Source of the DNA: Octopus vulgaris
Lineage: Eukaryota
Direction of reading: 5' to 3'
NCBI GenBank assembly: GCA_951406725.2
Contig: OX597823.1
Location: 95,232,001 to 95,296,000 of the forward strand
DNA: 64,000 nt
Position numbers and translations under genes: made by a program. Within the stretch, counting starts at the first letter, position 1. Each line of letters begins with the position of its first letter. Positions 54,116-64,000 of this stretch are shown here, piece by piece. The notes below the pieces were generated by a model. It had not been told where the DNA came from. It saw only the letters and a program-made list of their open reading frames with translations, and did no database searches.

Positions 54116-56428
54116 CTTTGATACTTTGATACTTTGATAGGTTTCGGCCATTATTGGCCCAGGCCATGTCTAACTTAATAGCACCACCTGGTGAAGTCTT
54201 TCAAGTCAGAATTTGGGCACTATGGCCCACTCAAGTAGAGAGTTATTGTTTACAGAGACATATCCGGGTGTAGGGTGTTTATCCGGGATTTCTTGAAGGA
54301 ATCTGTCCAAAGACTTCTTGAAACCTATAGGGTCAGTTTCTGTTTTAATGTGTTTTGGTGAAATGTTAAAGAGAGCGGGGCCAATTGAGGTGAAATAATT
54401 GTGCCGTATTGTTGTTATGAGATGAGAGTGCGATTTTTGTTTTGGGCGGATGGCACGGGGCCCAAGCCTTGGATGTACTTTAAAGGTGATGCCAACATCA
54501 TTTGGGCAATGCTGATGGAATATTTTCCACATCATGCAGATGATGTAGCGCTCACGACGACGTTGGAGAGAATAAAGTTTTAGCTTTTCTAGTCGACCCC
54601 AATAGTCGAGGCCTGTCATGCCATCTATCTTTCTTGTGATTGCCCTTTGAGGTGCTTCAACTTTTATGATACTTTGTATTGTGTGGGGAGACCACAGTGG
54701 ACAACAGTATTCAAGGTGGGGTCGGGCAAAAGTGGAGAAGAGAAGGATAATGGTGTGGATATCTCTCGACTGGAAAGTTCTGAGAATCCAGGAACACATT
54801 CTGCGGGCCATGTCAACTTTGGTGTTTATATGAGTGGCCCAGCTTATGTTGTTGTCCACAATTACTCCCAAGTCTCTGATGTTGTTGGACGCCGCGAGAG
54901 TTTCACCTGAAGGAAGGGAGTATGGGAGTTTCAGGGCATCCTCTTTTCCAAAGTGGATTAACTCAAATTTATCCTCGTTCAGCAGCATATTGTTTTTTTT
55001 CTGCCCATTGGATAACAGCCAGTAGATCTGACTGAAGGCATGTCCGGTCACTCGCCTCATTTATGACCTTCTGTAGCTTGGAATCATCTGCAAAGATTTT
55101 TATGTTGCTGTGCTTGATGATGTCATTGATGTCATTAATGTAGATGATGAAAAGAAGTGGGCCCAGCACAGTGCCTTGCGGAACGCCACTACTGACTTTG
55201 GCTGGGCTTGATTTTACCCCTTCAACTACAACATGCTGAGATCTGTCTGTCAGGAAACACTTGATCCATTTCAGTAACTTTCCAGAGACACCAATGTTGG
55301 ATAGTTTTTTCAATAGGATCTTGTGATCGACCCTGTCGAAGGCCTTACTGAAATCAAGGTAGATGACATCGGTGTTGGAGCCCTCTCCCAAAGCTCTCAA
55401 AATGTCATCAAAGTGATGCAGGAGCTGCGTTAGGCAGTCCCTTCCATTACGGAACCCATGTTGGTTAGAGATCAGCCGTCTGTTGCTTTCCAGAAATTGG
55501 GTTATTCGAGATCTCACCACCCTCTCAAATACCTTGATGATATGAGAGGTGAGTGAGATCGGACGGTAGTTCACTGCAAGGGACTTGTTTCCCTTTTTGA
55601 AAACTGGGACAACAGACTGGGACAGAAGGTTTTTGGAATATAGCCAGCATCCAGTGAGTTTCTCCACAGATTAGCAAGGGGAGATGCAAGTTGGTGTCGA
55701 CACACCTTCAGGACACAAGCAGGGAACCTATCGGGGCCTACTGCTGAATTGTGTTTTATTTCATTTATCGCCACTAAGACATCAGGGGCACTAAACGTAA
55801 TGTCCGATATAGTGTGTTGGGGGTTGACATCACTGATACAGCCCAGATCGGCCATATCAGGATTGCTGAAAACAGAGCAGTATTGTTTCTGCAGTATCTC
55901 GGCCATGGATTTGGCATTATCTTGGAGAGTGCCAGTTGCATCAATTAGAGGGCCAACAATGGAGACAGTGACCCTGCGTTTCCTTGCAAATGAAAAGAAC
56001 ACTTTGGGGTTGAGTTTGATTTTTTCAATGGCCCACCTCTCCTCAGCTGATCTTTGGTTATTGATGAGGGTCTTCATGCATTGTTGGAGGTTATATTTTT
56101 TGGATTCAAGCAGTGCGATAGCCGTCGAATGTGTGTGTTGCTGTTGGCAGTACTTTAGTTTGTTAATTTTTTTGTTTGTTCTTTTTATTTTTCTGATAAT
56201 AGTTTTTCTGTTTTGGGGGATTCTGCACTTTTTGTTCACAGGTCTTGGTGGGGAGTGTTTTGCACATATGTCTGTGACGGTGTCTACAAAGATCTGCCAA
56301 GATGTTTTATGGTTGGTGGAGATGTGTGTATGTGTATAGGACCAGTCAACATGTGATAGCTCGTTCCTGATTGCATCCCAATTGGCATTATGGAGATCCA
56401 TGTTATCAAATGGGTGGGCTGGAGGGAT
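54116..56428 (-). mobile_element. LINE family A, long copy with two frameshifts
   Basis: ORFs 54206-55060, 54969-55667 and 55571-56428 give a continuous RT; tail (tatcaaag)3; the frameshifts fall in A/T homopolymers. Confidence 0.92.
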
Positions 56429-56430
56429 AC

Positions 56431-56864
<434 letters not shown>

Positions 56865-56865
56865 G

Positions 56866-56976
<111 letters not shown>

Positions 56977-57006
56977 GTATATATATATATGTATATATAT
57001 ATATAG

Positions 57007-57103
<97 letters not shown>

Positions 57104-57229
57104 TGGAATTAAAACACGGTGGTCATGGTGGGAACAACTTTGACCATAAGTGTTTTTGTTCAGTAATGATCTGTGGCCGAACAAAACTTGTTTTTAATTT
57201 CCTGCTTTTCGTGTGTTTTTTTCTTTCAG

Positions 57230-57393
57230 TCAGATTTGATTTCTGGCAAGGCTGGTCGAATAATGCCGATGATTCTTATGGGAGCACTTTCCATAATAGC
57301 AGGGCTATTTTCATTGTTGTTACCCGAAACAAACAACAGGAAAATGATGGACAACTTCAATGATTTGACCAAATCTGGGCAACTGGAGTTAGC
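57230..57393 (+). CDS. SLC22 exon 9 (SDLISGKAGRIMPMILMG...LLLPETNNRKM...LEL)
   Basis: Acceptor tctttcag; TM12 followed by the LPET motif; donor GC|gtaggt. Read-through reaches TAG at 57395-57397. Confidence 0.9.
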
Positions 57394-58298
57394 GTAGGTG
57401 ACTCTTACACGATTTAAACATTATCATCATCATCATCATCATCATCATTGCTAGCATTATCATTATCATAACCATCACTATCAGCAACATAGTAATTATC
57501 ATTCATCATCATCATCATTATGAACCAAGAAGCCAGCCTTTAATCGATCATTCGACTTGCTAGAAATTACACCCTGCCATCTTAAAGAAAAAGAAGCCAT
57601 TGTGGAATACATATTCGCGTATGTATGTATATATATGTATGTATGCATGAATATATTTATGTATGTGTGCGTATGCGTTTCTATCTCTACTTGTCCCCTC
57701 TCCTCCGCTTGACAACCAGCATTGGTGTGTATATAGTCCCAGAGCTTAGTGGTTCAGCAACAGGGCACCAACAGAATATGTAGCAGACTGTAAAAAATCT
57801 TCAAGGCAGTGCTCCAGTATGGCCACAGTCTCATGCTTGAAACAATTAAGAAATAATAGATAAAAACAAAATAAAAATAGCGCATTTCGCGCACTTACTC
57901 ATAATGTGAATGCTTTGGTCCCCTTTTGTTGGCTGCCCTTGCAATGCCAGTGGGGTTTATTGCAGGACAATGAAGGGTGGACACTGCATGAGTGAAAAGA
58001 GGAGGGGAAAACGAGTGTCAGTGATACCTGAATGGATATGAGCTGAGACTAGCTAACTCCCAGGAACAACAGCAGTGGAAGGGAAAGTTTGCGCAACAAT
58101 GACATCATTGATTTAATAAGAACCTTAATCATCATCTGCATCATCTTGCCCATCATCATCTGCATCATCAGCCGCAGCAATATCGTCTTCCTCATCATCA
58201 TCATCATCACTATTATCATCATATTTCAAATATTAAACATTATTTTACTAAATGTCTGATTGGCTCTTTCCTCTTTTTCTTTCTTTCTTCCCTTCCAG

Positions 58299-58377
58299 TA
58301 CTAAAAAGGATGCAATTCTAATGGAAGAAACTCACCCTATGAAACCGAGACAAACTGCAGAGGATATAAAATCTTAA
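58299..58377 (+). CDS. SLC22 exon 10, probable last coding exon (TKKDAILMEETHPMKPRQTAEDIKS*)
   Basis: Long polypyrimidine tract and ccag acceptor; phase-2 compatible with exon 9; hydrophilic tail ending in TAA; gives a typical SLC22 length. Confidence 0.72.
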
Positions 58378-58582
58378 TGTACGTATGTATGTATATATAT
58401 ATATGTGTATGTATGTATATACATACGTGATTGTACGTACGTATGTATGTATGTATGTATGTATGTATGTATGTATGTATGTATGTATGTATATATGTAT
58501 GTATGTATGTATGTAAGCACACACACACAGTTAGACAGACAGACAAGCAGGCAGGCCGGCAGACAGAGTGACAGAGAGACAG

Positions 58583-58650
<68 letters not shown>

Positions 58651-58799
58651 CATAAAAGTGGACACAAGAAATGATATTAATGCACTATAGGATTGTAAAG
58701 GCATATGCTTATATGTGTGTGAGTGTGTGTGTGTATTTATATATATACATATATACACACATAAATACATATATGCATATCTATATATATATATGTATA

Positions 58800-58841
<42 letters not shown>

Positions 58842-58843
<2 letters not shown>

Positions 58844-59325
58844 CTGTCTTTCTATCTGTGGGTTTCCCTAAAACTTAAGAACTATACAACCAATTTCATT
58901 CAAATTTTACACATGCCTTACTTAGGGTTCGGGGAGTGTCATCGGCAAAAAGAATTTTGAACTTTTTGCCAAGGGCGAGCCCACAGCAATATCATATCTT
59001 CTCCACTACGATTCCTTAAACCTCGAGAACTACACAATCAATTTCATTCTAATTTTACACATGCCTTACTTAGGGTTCATGTAGTTTCAAGGGCAAAAAA
59101 ATTTTCAACTTCTTGCCTAGGGGGAGCCCATAGCAATATAATACCTTCTCCACTATTTCAGTATTACGTGTTAAAAGTGAAACAAAAACATTTCTCTATT
59201 TTATGTCAGATACTTTCACTTTAATAATAAAAATAATAATAACAATTGAATTATATGTAGTAAGTAATAATTAAAATCAAACTAAAGTATAATATAATCG
59301 TAACATAACAAAAGTAAAAAAATTC
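58842..59325 (+). repeat. Non-coding interspersed repeat with an internal ~130-bp tandem duplication (possibly Helitron/Helentron-derived)
   Basis: caatttcattc(a/t)aattttacacatgccttacttagggttc...ggcaaaaa occurs twice; the family assignment is only a resemblance. Confidence 0.45.
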
Positions 59326-59727
59326 GATCTTTGACGAACCAACAAGGTGAGTTGATAAACGAACCCGAGGAGATGTGTGAGGCCTTTCAGGAGCACTTCG
59401 CTCAGCTTTTCGGTGAGTGCGGCGGACTGGATAGGAGGAGGGCCTTTACGGACCTACTCGACGGTCTGCCGCGCTTATCGGGGCGAGATGCGGAGGGCTG
59501 TGAAGGGCCAATCACGCCTGAGGAGGTGTTTGAGGCAATGGCGGACTGCGGCGCGGGCAAGGCGCCGGGTTTGGATGGTCTACCCTATGAGTTATATAAG
59601 AGTATGCCAGACTTGTTCGGGCACCTACTGGCGGAGGTCTACGCGAACTGGCAGCAGAACGGGCTTATACCCAGATCTGTGCGCCGGGGAGTAGTGACTC
59701 TCGTCAGAAAGGACCCGAGCAAGGGGG
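59326..59727 (+). mobile_element. L1/Tx1-like LINE ORF2 fragment cut off by the gap
   Basis: GC-rich; CEGPITPEEV...GKAPGLDGLPYELYK...GVVTLVRK. Confidence 0.82.
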
Positions 59728-59827
59728 NNNNNNNNNNNNNNNNNNNNNNNNNNNNNNNNNNNNNNNNNNNNNNNNNNNNNNNNNNNNNNNNNNNNNNNNN
59801 NNNNNNNNNNNNNNNNNNNNNNNNNNN
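59728..59827. other. Assembly gap (100 N)
   Basis: Run of N. Confidence 0.99.
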
Positions 59828-62800
59828 GACAAATAAGTAAATAGGCATTTGTTCAAGAATTATATACAGTGAGAACTGAACCCAGAACCATGTGGTTGGG
59901 AAGCAAACGTCTTACCACACAGCTACACCTGCATCTTTGATGTTAATAAAGATGTTTAAAAGTCAGGTGAAGCCTGTATTTAAAGCTTCTCAAGTTACTC
60001 GTCTCTAAACATCGAATGCTTTCGCCCCAAAAGAAGAACTAATCTACATAATTGGATTCAAACGAAGGTACAGGGGTTAGATCAGAGTTTTCCTCCCCAT
60101 AGAGAGATATCTAAACAAAGACTAAGGGTTCCTCGCCCTCAGCTGTCCTTTGACGGGTTTTGCTTCTCATCCTGGAGGGTGTCCAATATAAACACACCCC
60201 ACTCCCACCCCCTTCCCAAACTAACTTGTTAGGGTTGCAAGTTTAGTCGCCATCAATGTAACTGGTTGTATATACATATACACATACGTGCACCCTAACA
60301 CATACACATACACATACGCACATATCCGTTCATCTACCCATATATACATCCATAGATACATATATGCAACCATATATACTTAAGTACGTCCGTATATATA
60401 AATCCATGCACCCATACATTCATTTACTCATACGTACATACATGCATACATAAATTGATACATATACCAAGCCATATATATATACACCCTACCATACATA
60501 CATACATACATACATACATACATACATACATACATACATAAATACACACTTATATACATGCACACATCCTGCCATACATATACAGAGATATCCATACATT
60601 CGTACATACATAGATCCATTGATCATACACCCACATATCCACACACTTCCATTCATTTACCCATACACCCATAATTCATATACCCATATTACATACATGC
60701 ATGTATTGATATATACACCCAGCCATATTTATATCTGTGTAACCATACAGGTATAAATGCATCCATCCATCCTTCCACCCATACACAAATGCATACCTAC
60801 CAGAGATAGACGATAGCGAACACCAGTGACGGGATTGATATTATGATCATCAAAGTCCTCCAGGTCCTCACAAAGTAAGTCAGCAGAGAAACAATCAGGT
60901 ATCCGACGGTAAACACCATTTGGATGGCAATGGAAGATTTCATTCTACTGTCCACCGAAGACACTTCAGAAGCTAGAATTTGAAACAATGATGATGAGGA
61001 AAAACGATGACAACAATTACGAAGATGATGATATAAAAGAGGGAATTTATAATACATACACACACACGCACACACACGCGCGCATGTCTGGGTCTGCGTG
61101 TTCATAATTCCGTTATTTACTGCTTCACCCATAAATGGGGAAGCCAAGAAAAATTTTCAACGACTTCTCTGTTATTTCTTTGGTGGGTGTCAGTCTCAAA
61201 CATCCTCCTTCCTTCTTCAACAGATTATCAAACATTTTGTAATCAATATCTTTCACTACTAGTTCCTGTATAACTGCCTGTCTGGGTCTGCGTGTTCATA
61301 ATTCCGTTTTTTACTGCTTCACACATCAATGGGGAAGCCAAATGAAATTTTCAATGACTTCAAAAAATTACAAATTCAACAATCACAACTTCAACAATTC
61401 AGCCATTCAATTAAACAAAGCAACAAATTACATGTGAGCGAGATCAAAACACAAAAAATCGGTTCGCTCTACTCGACGCTTTCTCTCTTTATTATAGGCA
61501 TAAAGCCTTATATAAGAAGGGACATTACATGAACAGACAACGTAAACGTGGGGTCCATATAATGATTACCGAATGAGTTATGAGGTGTGAAGAATTATGA
61601 TAATGAAATGGCTTCCCACCCACCAAAGTAGAAAGTTCCATTTACTGTTTTTACAATTCAGTTTGTATCATTTGTATATCAGAAAATCCATTAGATCTTC
61701 AAAACTTACCACTGGTAGTAATACAGCGTATTGAAATCGTAATGGTGTATTTTCCATCCTACTTCCGTCATCTAACAACACTGCTTTCTTTCATTCTTGC
61801 AGAATCTCGATGGATTCTACAACAACATTGAAAACGTCCCCTACAACGCCTTGTACAAGCAAAAGATCATTTCAAACTTCAGCACCACCCAATAGAAAGA
61901 ACTAACTGAACTACAAAACAATGAAGAAATAACAATCAAAGAAGCGGATAAAGGAAGTGCAGTAGTGGTAATGGACACATTTTACAACAAAAATCTAGTA
62001 GTATCCATGCTAAATAATATCGAACACTACGAACAAATCAAAGATCACATCCACCAAAAAAATAATGAAAAACCTCTCTTCACTAATTCAAATCCATGGA
62101 AAAGACCTAACAGAAAAAGAAAGAGAGTACTTAAAAAACACTAAGTGTAAACCCAGCCTATTCTATGGTCTACCGAAAATTCACAAAAGCCAAACTATGA
62201 ACGAAGCCATCAAACAATCATCAAAGGCATACATCAACACATGGAGACCTAAAATTACGGTCCGTTATAGCTGGAGCATGCTGTGAAATACATCGACTAA
62301 ATTGCCTCATGAACATCCTCCTGAAACTATTTCTAAAACATATCAAGAGTCATATTAGAGATGACTTAGATGTGTTAAATCACCTACCAGAAAGGGTCGA
62401 GGAGGAAACAATTATGGTATCATTCGATGCGATTAATTTATATACCAACACACCCCATAGTTATGGAATAGAAGCAATCCGTTTCTGGCTGGACAAATAT
62501 CCAGAAGAAATACCAGAACGGATCAACAAAGATTTCATAATTGAATCAATAAAATTCATCCTACAAAATAACTATTTCATGTTTGACACTACTCTTTATC
62601 GCCAAAAATCCGAATTTGCCATGGGGACAAGGGCAGCCTCGGTTATTGTCAATCTAACAATGGGCTATTTAGAAATAACAATATATCAGGAGTCGTTTTC
62701 AAAATTTGGAAAGCATTAAGAAAAGTCGAACACAATAACTCGCCTACTCTAAAAATAAATTCCTTATGTATCCACATACAACCCCAGAAGCCACGAAGCA

Positions 62801-64000
62801 TTTAACATTATTGACTAAAATCTCCCAATACTCCATAAGGATCCCAAACTGAAAGAAATTCTGCGTACGCATAAGATCATTAAAAGCAATAAACAACCAA
62901 AGACATTAAACAAGATCCTCACAAATGCTAAATTATTCTCAAGAATAACGAACGCAAGAGTATAAAAAATGTGGTCGACCTAACTGTATACAAAATTTCG
63001 CCCAAGAATTGAACTCGTTCCCCTGACACACCGTAGGCTATACTAGTAGTTTTTTTTATACAACGGCCTGCCTATCTTACTCCATGTTGCCGTATCGATA
63101 CGTCTGAACGGGTATCTAATTGCATTTTGGTCTGAAACCCATTTATTTCTACCAACACAAATTTTCGGTTTTGTCTGGTATAATTTACTTTTGTTGAGTA
63201 GACTTTCTTCTGTTTTACCATTTTCTTTGAGCGGCATTTCACTGTATATGTCCAATTTTACCACACTTAAAGCAGGTTTTATCTTTAAAGGGGCAATCTT
63301 TCCTCAAATGTCAATCTCCGCATCCATAGCACCGTTTTGAATTAAAATTTGTCCTTCTTTCTGTACTTTCTTTACACATTTGTACATTATTATTCTTGTC
63401 TTCTATCTTTCTTGTATCATCTCGAAGGTTTATTATTTGTTGGCATTCCTCAGCCACATCCTGCAAAGTGAGTTTCACATTTTGATTCAACTTTGATAAT
63501 ATTTTTTTTACTAATTTCCGCGTCTTCCGTTGCCACTAGCCCTTTAACGAATATTAGGCACTTGGACATATCTGGCGTTAATTCTTCCAGCTTAAACCTT
63601 TCGCAAGCCTTATTAAGCATACCGGCATATGTTACAAAATCATCGCACTCGTTTTTCTTTAAATTTAAACATTCCTATCGAATGTTAAACTGCGAACTTT
63701 TCTCGCTAAAAATATTAGTCAAAATGTTTATCGTTTCATCAAAACAAAATTCCGTGGGCTTTCTCGGCAAAATAAAGTTACAAAATCTTTCGTGTTCAGG
63801 AGTAGCAAGCGTTCGCAAAAGGAGTCTTATCTTCCTTTCACTAGACCATACCTTGCATTCCTCTTGGAATATGCCTTCGTATCGTCCGTAATATGCAGCA
63901 AAAGTAGTTCCTTGATCCAGATTGTAGTGAAATTCTTCGATGAAATTTGCAACACCATCTGCTGAAAATGATTCTGTCGTATTTCTCGACTGCAGTAACA
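59828..64000 (-). repeat. Inverted near-identical duplicate of 28643-32764 (Gypsy remnant, PLE fragment, exon 5)
   Basis: Reverse-complement match from end to end; the same ORFs appear mirrored in the ORF track; scattered substitutions and small indels. Confidence 0.95.
60801..60972 (-). CDS. Second copy of SLC22 exon 5 (haplotig or paralog fragment)
   Basis: Identical peptide and intact ag/gt boundaries within the inverted duplicate. Confidence 0.6.

Noticed and set aside
54969-55667. Frameshifts in the long family A LINE as programmed recoding
   Set aside because: The sister copy at 44.9 kb has one fewer A and is in frame, so homopolymer error or decay is more likely.

Overview
Repeat-rich, AT-rich animal genomic DNA. 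The SINE types and the very high microsatellite density suggest an octopus (coleoid cephalopod); this is an inference. Almost the whole window is one plus-strand, 10-exon SLC22/Orct-type organic cation transporter gene. The ATG is at 675 and the stop at 58377; all introns are GT-AG, the phases are compatible, and the exons join to 552 aa. The introns contain decayed Tc1/mariner transposons, RTE, CR1/L2-group and R4/Dong-like LINE fragments, a Ty3/Gypsy gag-pro remnant, Penelope-like elements (PLEs, one with an open RT-GIY-YIG frame), tRNA-derived SINEs and long (TA)n arrays. A Tx1-like LINE fragment lies downstream of the gene. After a 100-N gap (59728-59827) the window ends in an inverted near-identical copy of 28643-32764, which includes exon 5. 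The most interesting signal is non-coding. At least seven small repeat families, plus the PLE itself, carry minimal type I hammerhead ribozyme (HHR) motifs. They include a ~480-bp circularly permuted, inverted retrozyme-like element, a perfect foldback whose HHR shows U3-A8 covariation, and a tRNA-headed SINE-like element carrying an HHR. Also notable are three ORF1-only (gag/zinc-knuckle) elements, CR1-type LINEs embedded in (TA)n arrays, and a LINE 3' tail shared with the local SINEs. Coordinates were read by eye, and TE boundaries are approximate. Nothing here was searched against a database or tested.
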